64,000 bases of DNA, from NCBI GenBank assembly GCA_041640555.1, contig JBEQAB010000016.1:1224-65223 (forward strand). Reading direction: 5' to 3'. The notes below the pieces were generated by a model, which was given only the letters and a program-made list of their open reading frames with translations, ran no database searches and was not told the origin of the DNA. Origin of the DNA: Bacillaceae bacterium (lineage in GTDB: Bacteria; Bacillota; Bacilli; Bacillales; Cytobacillaceae). Every line of letters begins with the position of its first letter. Within the stretch, counting starts at the first letter, position 1. The position numbers and the translations under genes were made by a program. Positions 1-11,057 of this stretch are shown one piece after another.

Positions 1-486
1 ACATTCGATTTGATTTAGGACTGGCTTAACTTCACATTCGTTAAGAAGTCTTTCTAAATGTTCAATTTCAAAGTTGCATACACCAATGGCTTTTACTTTG
101 CCTTCATGATATAGCTGTTCCATCGCCTTAAACGTCTCTACATATGTATCGTACTCTGGTGTTGGCCAGTGAATTAAGTATAAATCAATATAATCAAGAC
201 CTAGTTTCTTTAGACTTAAATCAAAAGCTTGTATGGTGCTTTCGTAACCTTGGTCAGTATTCCAAACTTTCGTTGTAATGAATAATTCTTCGCGAGGTAC
301 GTTGGATTCTTTAATCGCTTTTCCGACACCCTCTTCGTTTCCATAGATCATTGCTGTATCGATGGAACGGTAACCTGCTTCAATCGCCGCAGTTACAGCC
401 GCTGTAGCCTCATCATCTTTTACTTGCCAGACACCGAAACCTAGCTGTGGCATTTTTAATCCGTTGTTCAACGTTACAAAGTTCAT
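1..486 (-). CDS. aldo/keto reductase (YvgN/YtbE-like), 3' end outside window
   Basis: Absent from ORF track (no stop in window). My minus-strand translation from ATG 486 reads [45 protein letters not shown]...; AAAGGAGA about 6 nt upstream. Confidence 0.8.
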   Translation of the reverse strand, partial: MNFVTLNNGLKMPQLGFGVWQVKDDEATAAVTAAIEAGYRSIDTAMIYGNEEGVGKAIKESNVPREELFITTKVWNTDQGYESTIQAFDLSLKKLGLDYIDLYLIHWPTPEYDTYVETFKAMEQLYHEGKVKAIGVCNFEIEHLERLLNECEVKPVLNQIEC

Positions 487-650
487 ATTCATTCTCCTTT
501 TTCGAAAGATTTACTTGATAACCTTGGAAGAAATTGTTTTTCATTGTTAATTTTAATAAAGATCGTCTTAAATGAAAAGTTAAACGCTTCCGGATAATAG
601 TTTTATCTTACCTTACCTTTTTATCCACTTTATTCGAACGCTCACAAATA

Positions 651-678
651 GAAAAAACTGTAGACAGCCATCTACAGT
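651..678 (-). terminator. rho-independent terminator after nhaC
   Basis: ACTGTAGA-TGGCTG-TCTACAGT hairpin followed by T-run on minus strand. Confidence 0.7.
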
Positions 679-686
679 TTTCTTCA

Positions 687-2120
687 TTATAACAATACGC
701 TTACTTCATTATCTTCTGTAACCTGCTCTTCCATTCTATTGTCTTTCGGAAGCTTCTCGATTGTAAATCCTGTATACGCGTATATAATCGCTACAATGGG
801 ACTGATAAAACAAAGCAATGCATAGGGTGCATATTGAAAAGTAGATACTCCAAGAGTGGCGGTCATAAATGCACCACATGTATTCCAAGGAACAAGCGGA
901 GAGGTCATTGTCCCCGCATCTTCTAGCGTTCGAGATAAGTTCTTTGGATGGAGTTCACGCTTACGGTAGGCGGTTAAGTACATTCTTCCAGGTAGTAGAA
1001 TCGATAAGTACTGATCACAAGCGACGATGTTAGCTGTAACACAGGTTGCTACCGTTGTTGTGATTAAACTGCCTGTTGATTTGGCCATTTTTAACAGGCT
1101 TGTCACAATCGTATTCATGATTCCACTCGTTTCTAAAATCCCCCCAAAGCTCATCGCAATCATAACGAGAGATACGGTGTACATCATCGCTTCCGTTCCA
1201 CCATTGTTAAGCAAGTTATCTAATACTTCATTTCCAGTCTCCATTTCAAAGCCATAAACCATAATGGACAAAACACTGCCAATTGTTTCACCCTGAACTA
1301 TGATGGCAACCATCCCACCTAGAATCGACCCTATGACAAGACCGGGGATTGCCGGTGTTTTCAAAGCAATGATCCCAAGAACTATAACTGGAATAAGAAG
1401 TAACCACGGACTGATAATGAAAATATCCGCTAATTCTTGTTGAAGTGTAGCAATATCACTCACTCCAGATCCTTTTCCTTTGAATGTAAGGCCTATAAAA
1501 AAGTAAATGATAACTGACAGTACCAGTGCAGGTATCGTTGTATAAAGCATATGGCGAATATGATCAAATAGTTGAACACCTGTGATTCCAGGCGCCATAT
1601 TCGTTGTTTCGGACAGAGGAGAGATTTTATCTCCAAAGTAGCATCCAGAAATGACAGCACCAGCCACCATAGCGGGATTAATTCCTAATCCAATTCCCAC
1701 TCCCATAATGGCAATCCCTATTGTACCAGCCGCTGTCCATGCATTCCCCGAAGCAATCGCAACCACGCTACAAATGATGGCAGCAGCAGGGAGAAAATAG
1801 GTGGGAGATAAAATATCTAATCCATAATAAATCATAGTCGGAACAATTCCGCCAGCTAGCCATGTTCCGATTATCGTTCCAATAATCATTAAAATAAGTA
1901 ACGCTTGTAGTGCAAGAGAGACAGCTTTGATAACACCTTGTTCAAGCTCTCGCCAAGTATATCCTAAATAAATAGATACGAGTGATGCCACAGTGGCGCT
2001 GAGCAAGAGTGGAATATGAGGATCTGCCTCAAACATGAAAATGCCTGTAAATAAAAATACAATCATGGCTCCGATCGGGATCAAAGCAACTGCTAGTGTA
2101 GGCTGTTTCTTTTCTTTCAT
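687..2120 (-). CDS. nhaC: NhaC-family Na+/H+ antiporter-type transporter
   Basis: ORF 687..2126, polytopic membrane protein with NhaC-like sequence. GAGGG RBS abuts the first ATG, so ATG at 2120 (MKEKKQ) is preferred. Confidence 0.8.
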   Translation of the reverse strand: MKEKKQPTLAVALIPIGAMIVFLFTGIFMFEADPHIPLLLSATVASLVSIYLGYTWRELEQGVIKAVSLALQALLILMIIGTIIGTWLAGGIVPTMIYYGLDILSPTYFLPAAAIICSVVAIASGNAWTAAGTIGIAIMGVGIGLGINPAMVAGAVISGCYFGDKISPLSETTNMAPGITGVQLFDHIRHMLYTTIPALVLSVIIYFFIGLTFKGKGSGVSDIATLQQELADIFIISPWLLLIPVIVLGIIALKTPAIPGLVIGSILGGMVAIIVQGETIGSVLSIMVYGFEMETGNEVLDNLLNNGGTEAMMYTVSLVMIAMSFGGILETSGIMNTIVTSLLKMAKSTGSLITTTVATCVTANIVACDQYLSILLPGRMYLTAYRKRELHPKNLSRTLEDAGTMTSPLVPWNTCGAFMTATLGVSTFQYAPYALLCFISPIVAIIYAYTGFTIEKLPKDNRMEEQVTEDNEVSVLL

Positions 2121-2163
2121 TATCATCCCTCTTTCAATAAAAAATAGTTTCCTATTTTCTTAT

Positions 2164-2179
2164 TGCAAATTTCGTGCCA
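2164..2179 (-). promoter_or_regulatory. sigma-54 (-24/-12) promoter of nhaC
   Basis: Minus strand reads TGGCACGAAATTTGCA, a perfect TGGCAC-N5-TTGCA, ending about 40 nt upstream of the start codon. Confidence 0.85.
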
Positions 2180-2241
2180 GATTTAATATTCTTAATTTTC
2201 TGTAATCCTACCACTTTTTCCTGCCTGATAAGAAACCAGTT

Positions 2242-2268
2242 CTGCATAATCCATTCAATTTTGCATAA
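2242..2268 (-). promoter_or_regulatory. candidate enhancer (UAS) for the sigma-54 activator
   Basis: Minus strand TTATGCAAAATT-gaatgga-TTATGCAG, 60-90 bp upstream of the -24/-12 element. Same architecture at 8163-8200 and 12470-12496. Confidence 0.6.
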
Positions 2269-2322
2269 TGTACATATCAGCATGAAAAAACCTGGTCCCA
2301 ATAGGATCCAGGTTTTTTCATG

Positions 2323-3786
2323 CTATATATTTAGTCCAATCGAAATATATTTTACTTCCAGAAATTCTTCTAGTCCGTGATGGCCCCCTTCTCGACCTAA
2401 ACCACTTTCTTTATAACCTCCAAATGGTGCTTGTGCCGTTGATGGAAGTCCATCATTTAAGCCGATAATTCCGTATTCAAGTTCTTCACTTATTCGGAAA
2501 GCGCGACTTAAATTTTCAGTGAACACATAAGCAGCTAAGCCGTAAACGGTATTATTGGCTCTTTCTATCACTTCCTCTTCTGTTTGAAAAGTAGCAATCG
2601 CGGCTAGTGGTCCAAAGATTTCTTCTTCCACACACATCATTTGATCATTCACATTTGTAAGGATCGTCGGTGGAAAGAAAAATCCTTCTTTCCCCTCATA
2701 CTTATCTCCTTGATACACAATCTTTCCGCCTTTATGAATCGCATCGTCAAGAATATCCTTTACTTTATTTACCGCTGGTTGGTCAATAAGCGGCCCTATA
2801 TCAATTCCTTCTTCCATACCGTTCCCGATTTTGAGCTTGCTTAGTTCCTTTTTAAAAAGCTCCACAAACGGCTCAAGGATTCTTTCTTGGACGTAAATAC
2901 GATTCGTACAAATACATGTTTGGCCGGCATTACGAAACTTCGAGGCTAGTAGTCCTTTGGCTGCTTTTTCTAGATCTGCATCGTCCATGACGATAAAAGG
3001 TGCATTTCCGCCTAATTCTAGCGAAATCTTCTTCACCGTATCAGCAGCACCTCTCATAAGTACCTTCCCAACTTCAGTGGAACCCGTAAAGGTAAGCTTA
3101 CGAACGCGCGGATCCTTTAACCAAGCATCGCCAATTTCTTTTGATTTTCCAGTTACCACGTTAAACACACCAGCTGGAATGCCTGCTTTTTCTGCTAATT
3201 CTGCTAGTTTCAGAGCAGTTAGAGGCGTTTGCTGAGCTGGTTTCACCACCACCGTACAGCCAGCAGCAAGAGCAGGGGCTACCTTTCTCGTGATCATGGC
3301 CGCTGGAAAATTCCATGGAGTAATGGCTGCAACAACCCCAACCGGTTCTTTTCTAATCAAAATCCGTTTATTTGGATGTGCGGCCGGAATCGTTTCTCCA
3401 TAGATTCTCTTTCCTTCTTCCGCATACCAAGAGAGAAAACTATTGGCATAATTCACTTCACCTATTGCCTCATTTACAGGCTTTCCTTGCTCCATCGTCA
3501 TCACTGTGCCAATTTCGACTTTATGCTCATCAATGAGATGGAACCATTTCATGAGTAGCTGACTGCGTTCTTCTGCCGTTTTTTTGGACCAAGTTTTAAA
3601 CGCTAGATGGGCGGCATCTACAGCAGCCTTTGCTTCCAACGTTCCTCCGTTCGGAATCATCCCGATCACTTCATTGGTTGCGGGGTTCATAACATTGATG
3701 AATGTCTCGCACTCATCCCCGATCCATTGGCCATTAATATACATTTTGTATAACTGCTTTTTTTGAAAAGTGATATTCGAACTCAT
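2323..3786 (-). CDS. gabD: NAD(P)-dependent succinate-semialdehyde dehydrogenase
   Basis: 487-aa ALDH-family ORF directly downstream of gabT; GAGAGGG RBS. Confidence 0.85.
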   Translation of the reverse strand: MSSNITFQKKQLYKMYINGQWIGDECETFINVMNPATNEVIGMIPNGGTLEAKAAVDAAHLAFKTWSKKTAEERSQLLMKWFHLIDEHKVEIGTVMTMEQGKPVNEAIGEVNYANSFLSWYAEEGKRIYGETIPAAHPNKRILIRKEPVGVVAAITPWNFPAAMITRKVAPALAAGCTVVVKPAQQTPLTALKLAELAEKAGIPAGVFNVVTGKSKEIGDAWLKDPRVRKLTFTGSTEVGKVLMRGAADTVKKISLELGGNAPFIVMDDADLEKAAKGLLASKFRNAGQTCICTNRIYVQERILEPFVELFKKELSKLKIGNGMEEGIDIGPLIDQPAVNKVKDILDDAIHKGGKIVYQGDKYEGKEGFFFPPTILTNVNDQMMCVEEEIFGPLAAIATFQTEEEVIERANNTVYGLAAYVFTENLSRAFRISEELEYGIIGLNDGLPSTAQAPFGGYKESGLGREGGHHGLEEFLEVKYISIGLNI

Positions 3787-3801
3787 CTGCTAACCCTCTC
3801 T

Positions 3802-5151
3802 TTATATATATTGGGGAGATAAAACAGCTTCTAAAGATTCTTCTAAGATCAATAATCCTTCATGAAGTTGATCATCTGAGATCGTTAAAGGCATTAATAG
3901 TCTAATCACATTGCCAAAAATCCCTGCGCTGAGTAACAGCAATCCTCTATTGGTAGCCTCTCGAATAATGCTACCAACCAGTTCTTTGTCTGGCTGTTTA
4001 GAAGTCTTTTCTTTTACAATTTCAAACGCACACATCGCTCCTAACCCACGAATGCCATCGACTTGTTCAAATCGATCGGACCATTGTTGAAACTTGTTCA
4101 TTACTGTTCTACCAATCCGTTCCGCTCTTGCATTCAATTGTTCTTCTTCTATGATATCTAGGACAGCAAGAGCAGCTTGACACCCTAACGGACTCCCCGC
4201 ATACGTTCCACCAATTTCTCCTGGCTGGCTTACATTCATAATCTCTTCACGGCCAATCACTCCGCTAATGGGAACACCAGCTGCCATAGACTTCGAGATT
4301 GTGAGAAGATCTGGCTCTACGCCAAAATGTTCAATGGCAAAGTAACGGCCGGTTCGCCCAAAGCCGGTTTGAATTTCATCTGCAATAAATAATATTCCGT
4401 GTTCTTTACAAATAGTATAAACACGCTGCACAAATTCCCGATTGGGAACGATAAAGCCTCCTTCTCCTTGCACTGGCTCCATGACTACTGCTGCAATCGT
4501 TTCTGGAGCGACTTCTGCAAGAAGGAATTGTTCAAACTGTTGGATCATATATTCAGTATACTGTTTTTCATCCATTCCATTTGGCTTCCGATATTCATAT
4601 GGATAAGGAGCTTTATATACCTCAGGTGCAAATGGTCCAAATCCATATTTATAAGGCTTCACTTTACTTGTCATCGTCATCGTCATTAACGTTCGTCCAT
4701 GAAACCCTCTCCTAAACGACACAATTCCTTGTCTTTTCGTATACTTTCGAGCAATCTTCACAGCATTTTCAACTGCTTCTGCCCCACTGTTAAAAAAAGC
4801 CGCTTGTTTGGGAAAACTGCCTGGGGCAAGCTTGGTTAACTTTTCCGCCAACTCGATATATGATTCATACATCATGACATTAAATCCGGTGTGAACAAAG
4901 TGATCCGCTTGATCCTTTATAGCCTGAACAACCTTCGGGTGGGAATGACCAACATTGATCGTTCCAATAGCACCAGCAAAGTCGATAAAAATATTGCCAT
5001 CCATATCCTCAACCAATGCTCCTTCTGCCTTATGAACAAATGCTGCACAGTTATTGCTAATACCTTGTGGAACAACTCTTATCCTTCTATCTAATAATTC
5101 CTTTGATCGTGGCCCTGGGATGGATGTTTTGATTTGAACAAATTGTTTCAT
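3802..5151 (-). CDS. gabT: 4-aminobutyrate--2-oxoglutarate aminotransferase
   Basis: 449-aa class-III aminotransferase with GabT-like N-terminus (SIPGPRS..., GAIGTINVGHSHPKV); AAGGAAGGTG RBS. Confidence 0.85.
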   Translation of the reverse strand: MKQFVQIKTSIPGPRSKELLDRRIRVVPQGISNNCAAFVHKAEGALVEDMDGNIFIDFAGAIGTINVGHSHPKVVQAIKDQADHFVHTGFNVMMYESYIELAEKLTKLAPGSFPKQAAFFNSGAEAVENAVKIARKYTKRQGIVSFRRGFHGRTLMTMTMTSKVKPYKYGFGPFAPEVYKAPYPYEYRKPNGMDEKQYTEYMIQQFEQFLLAEVAPETIAAVVMEPVQGEGGFIVPNREFVQRVYTICKEHGILFIADEIQTGFGRTGRYFAIEHFGVEPDLLTISKSMAAGVPISGVIGREEIMNVSQPGEIGGTYAGSPLGCQAALAVLDIIEEEQLNARAERIGRTVMNKFQQWSDRFEQVDGIRGLGAMCAFEIVKEKTSKQPDKELVGSIIREATNRGLLLLSAGIFGNVIRLLMPLTISDDQLHEGLLILEESLEAVLSPQYI

Positions 5152-5173
5152 GGATCGGACACCTTCCTTATTG

Positions 5174-5199
5174 GAAAAAGGAGGCTCCCCTCCTTTTTC
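5174..5199 (-). promoter_or_regulatory. intercistronic 11-bp stem-loop between patA and gabT
   Basis: GAAAAAGGAGG-ctcc-CCTCCTTTTTC perfect inverted repeat in the 62-bp gap; no free T-run after the stem. Confidence 0.5.
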
Positions 5200-5213
5200 A
5201 CATCTAAAATTTT

Positions 5214-8077
<2,864 letters not shown>

Positions 8078-8106
8078 GTTAATCAATCCTCCTTTTTTAT
8101 AAGTAA

Positions 8107-8122
8107 TGCAAGAACCGTGCCA
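8107..8122 (-). promoter_or_regulatory. sigma-54 (-24/-12) promoter of the ALDH-patA-gabT-gabD operon
   Basis: Minus strand TGGCACGGTTCTTGCA, perfect TGGCAC-N5-TTGCA, ending 30 nt upstream of ATG 8077. Confidence 0.85.
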
Positions 8123-8162
8123 ACACTTATCTCTCTGTTTGCAAGGAACGAATAAAAAATAG

Positions 8163-8200
8163 TTATGCAATTTTGCATAACCCTAGCTAATTTTGCATAA
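8163..8200 (-). promoter_or_regulatory. candidate enhancer (UAS) with palindrome
   Basis: TTATGCAA-tt-TTGCATAA inverted repeat (8163-8180) plus a second AATTTTGCATAA copy (8189-8200). Confidence 0.6.
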
Positions 8201-8212
8201 CTTCTTCTACAT

Positions 8213-8242
8213 AAAAAAATGGCACAGACATTTGTCTGCACC
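8213..8242 (-). terminator. terminator after the activator gene
   Basis: GGTGCAGACA-aa-TGTCTGTGCC hairpin then T7 on minus strand. Confidence 0.7.
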
Positions 8243-8249
8243 ACTCTAT

Positions 8250-10379
8250 TTAAAAGAAAACTTCTCCATACTTGACCTGTCTATCATTCATAATTTTTTG
8301 ATACTTTCTACTAACAGATGACTGACTGATACCGAGAGCTTTTGCTGCTTTTGTCGTGGTTTTATATTGTTTCATCGCTAGCAGGACTAATTGCTCTTCA
8401 ATATAGTCTTGCGCTTCCTGAAGAGGCATGACATTCGTGAATACTGGTTTCTCTTTATTAAAATTACTAGTAAAGGATAAAAACTGATTCACAAAATCTG
8501 CATCTAGAGCTGGATGATCTGCCGACACCGCTAAGCGTTCAATCATATTTTGCAGCTCCCGAATATTTCCTGGCCATGAGTATACTTCAAGTAAATTCAA
8601 AGCATCTGGTGTAAAATGATAGTTTTTATTGTATTTTTCATTCAGTCTTTGAAGAAAATGATACGCTAGCAGTGGTATATCTTTTGTACGTTCGCGTAAA
8701 GGCGGGACATGAATAGGAATGACATTCAAACGATAATATAAATCCTCACGAAAGGTTCCTTCTTGAACCATTTTTTCTAGCTTTTTGTTTGTTGCTGCAA
8801 CAATTTGTACATTGATCGGTATCGGAGTAGTACTTCCAATTGGAACGACTTCTTGTTCCTGTAGAACACGTAACAATTTGACTTGGAGGCTTACGGGCAT
8901 TTCGCCAATTTCATCTAAAAATAAAATTCCTTGGTCAGCTTTTTGAAAGTAACCCTCTTTCCCATTTTTATCAGCACCAGTAAACGACCCTTTGCTGTAC
9001 CCAAACAACTCGCTTTCTAATAGATTCTCAGGAATTGCCCCACAATTAAGTTTTAGAAACGGTTGGTTTGCGCGGCTTCCACTTTGATGAATGGCTTGCG
9101 CAATCAATTCCTTTCCTACACCTGATTCTCCCGTAATGAGAACCGTAGAGGAAAAATGAGAAATCTTCGTCACATGTTCCATAATTTGTTCCATATTGGG
9201 ACTACAGTAAATGAGTCGGTTAAAGAAGCGATCTTTATTTTTAATCCTTTCAAGCTCCTGCTTATATTGGTCCGATTGCTTCTTCACTTCACGTAATTCA
9301 GATTTTAACTTTGTTGTTTCTGTAATATCCCTTGAAGCAATAATGATACGATCAATATTGCCATTTTCATCAAATATCGGGTTACCTACCGCTAAAATTC
9401 GCTTATTTCTCTTTGTTTCCTGAACGATTGATACCTTTTTCTTTTGTTCCAATACTAACCGGGTAACAGACGGTGTGAATAGACCTTCCCCTTCAAGCTC
9501 CAGAAGATTCTTCCCCGTCAACTCTTTTAGCTCCACTCCCCAAAAATCGGAAAGAAACGTCTCACTATATCGAAGCAGCTCCCCTTTATGGTTTACTACT
9601 AAAATTTCGTCATAAATCGTTGATAGAATGGCATTTAGATCTTTATTTAAATTTTTGATATGTTCAATTTCCATGGCCATATCTTCAACCATCGGCAAAT
9701 CTTGAACGATAATAATAATTCCTTCTACTTCATTATGAAAATCGAAAATTGGACTATAATCCACTAGAACACCCATGGTATCAGTGATCTGAATTTGATT
9801 TAATATCGTTTGACCTGCTGCAAACACTTGGTGAATATGCTCCCCGTGGAAAATGGAGTCAGCTGGTTTTCCGGAAACATCCTCTGAAGTTAGTTTCGTC
9901 ATCCGCAGGCCTGACTCATTAAAGTTTATTATCTTCTTTTCTCGATCAACAACGAATATTCCCATTGGAATAGAGGTTAAAATTACCTTTAGTAAATCGA
10001 CACTTCCATGCGGCTCTTGCTTGAATAATAGTGCAAGAACATCCTCCCGTTTGACATAACCTGATGGCTTCCCTTGATCATCAATCACAAGGGCAAACGG
10101 TTCGCCGATAATTTGAAAAAGAACAGGAACAGAAATCGTGTTATTTAACTTGGACACGTTGGTCATGGGAACTGCTTTTGCTTGAAAAATATTTGATAGA
10201 CTGCTAGTTTCGTTAAGTGGAATATCTTTCATTTGAATATAGGAGATGATCTCCTCATCCTTTTTAAGAAAAAGAATGGGCTCATTATGCTGTTTAAGAC
10301 ATGTTACCCATTGTTCTTCATCGTCATTTAAATCAATGGAGATAATGGGTCTTATCTTATCTTTTTCTAAAGTTAACAA
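8250..10379 (-). CDS. sigma-54-dependent transcriptional activator (bEBP) with PAS sensor region
   Basis: 709 aa. Walker A GESGVGKE, GSFTGA (GAFTGA variant), Walker B LFLDEIG, C-terminal HTH (AAKALGISQSSVSRKY). About 390-aa N-terminal sensor region with two PAS-like segments. TTG start with AGGAGG RBS. Confidence 0.85.
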   Translation of the reverse strand: MLTLEKDKIRPIISIDLNDDEEQWVTCLKQHNEPILFLKKDEEIISYIQMKDIPLNETSSLSNIFQAKAVPMTNVSKLNNTISVPVLFQIIGEPFALVIDDQGKPSGYVKREDVLALLFKQEPHGSVDLLKVILTSIPMGIFVVDREKKIINFNESGLRMTKLTSEDVSGKPADSIFHGEHIHQVFAAGQTILNQIQITDTMGVLVDYSPIFDFHNEVEGIIIIVQDLPMVEDMAMEIEHIKNLNKDLNAILSTIYDEILVVNHKGELLRYSETFLSDFWGVELKELTGKNLLELEGEGLFTPSVTRLVLEQKKKVSIVQETKRNKRILAVGNPIFDENGNIDRIIIASRDITETTKLKSELREVKKQSDQYKQELERIKNKDRFFNRLIYCSPNMEQIMEHVTKISHFSSTVLITGESGVGKELIAQAIHQSGSRANQPFLKLNCGAIPENLLESELFGYSKGSFTGADKNGKEGYFQKADQGILFLDEIGEMPVSLQVKLLRVLQEQEVVPIGSTTPIPINVQIVAATNKKLEKMVQEGTFREDLYYRLNVIPIHVPPLRERTKDIPLLAYHFLQRLNEKYNKNYHFTPDALNLLEVYSWPGNIRELQNMIERLAVSADHPALDADFVNQFLSFTSNFNKEKPVFTNVMPLQEAQDYIEEQLVLLAMKQYKTTTKAAKALGISQSSVSRKYQKIMNDRQVKYGEVFF

Positions 10380-10454
10380 ACGTCCCCCTCCTTCTATTCT
10401 TTTCTTTCAATTATATACTGTAAAAATATTATTTTTCAAATTTTCAAACAAGTG

Positions 10455-10482
10455 GAAAAAGGGAGATGGACTAGCCATCTCC
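10455..10482 (-). terminator. terminator of the glutamate dehydrogenase operon
   Basis: GGAGATGG-ctag-tCCATCTCC hairpin followed by T-run on minus strand. Confidence 0.7.
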
Positions 10483-10489
10483 GCACACA

Positions 10490-10738
10490 TTAGTCACTAC
10501 CTGTTGGAATTAAATCATCTTTAATAAAGGCAAGGACCATACCAGGTATAATAGAGTCACCTGCTTTTACTTCTATTGAAATGATTTCTCCACTAAGACC
10601 CACGCTCACTGTTTCCAGATGTCCATTTTCCGTTCGGATTGTAAATAATTTTTCCCATTCATAAATTCTTGAATGAACCTCAATCGCAACCTCCTCTACC
10701 TTTCCACTAACAGAACTCACAACAAATTCGTGATTCAT
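10490..10738 (-). CDS. small biotin/lipoyl-attachment-like domain protein
   Basis: 82 aa from ATG 10738 (AGGAG RBS). C-terminal GEIISIEVKAGDSIIPGMVLAFIKDD resembles the hybrid-barrel motif of biotinyl/lipoyl domains. Confidence 0.55.
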   Translation of the reverse strand: MNHEFVVSSVSGKVEEVAIEVHSRIYEWEKLFTIRTENGHLETVSVGLSGEIISIEVKAGDSIIPGMVLAFIKDDLIPTGSD

Positions 10739-10754
10739 GTCTCTCACTCCTAGA

Positions 10755-11042
10755 TTAATATTGATCAGACACACTTTTATGGTTAAGCACCATCTTAAAA
10801 AACGCCTTGCAATCCTCGATATCTACATCTACGATTGCTAATCGGTCAGCCCAATGCTCTTCATTGTCAATATCCTCTTGGCACATTAACGCCCACTTCC
10901 CCGCTTGCATAGAAACGACCATTGCTTTATCAAAAAACTGATGTGAATAAACAATCGTAAAATCATAGCGGTGCGATCCAATCGATAAGCAATAATAATG
11001 GATGGGTTGCGTTTCTCTTTCTTCTAATAACACCTCAACCAT
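10755..11042 (-). CDS. hypothetical protein
   Basis: 95 aa from ATG 11042 (GAGAGGGG RBS overlapping the GDH stop); no recognisable motif. Confidence 0.5.
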   Translation of the reverse strand: MVEVLLEERETQPIHYYCLSIGSHRYDFTIVYSHQFFDKAMVVSMQAGKWALMCQEDIDNEEHWADRLAIVDVDIEDCKAFFKMVLNHKSVSDQY

Positions 11043-11057
11043 TCCAGCCAACCCCTC

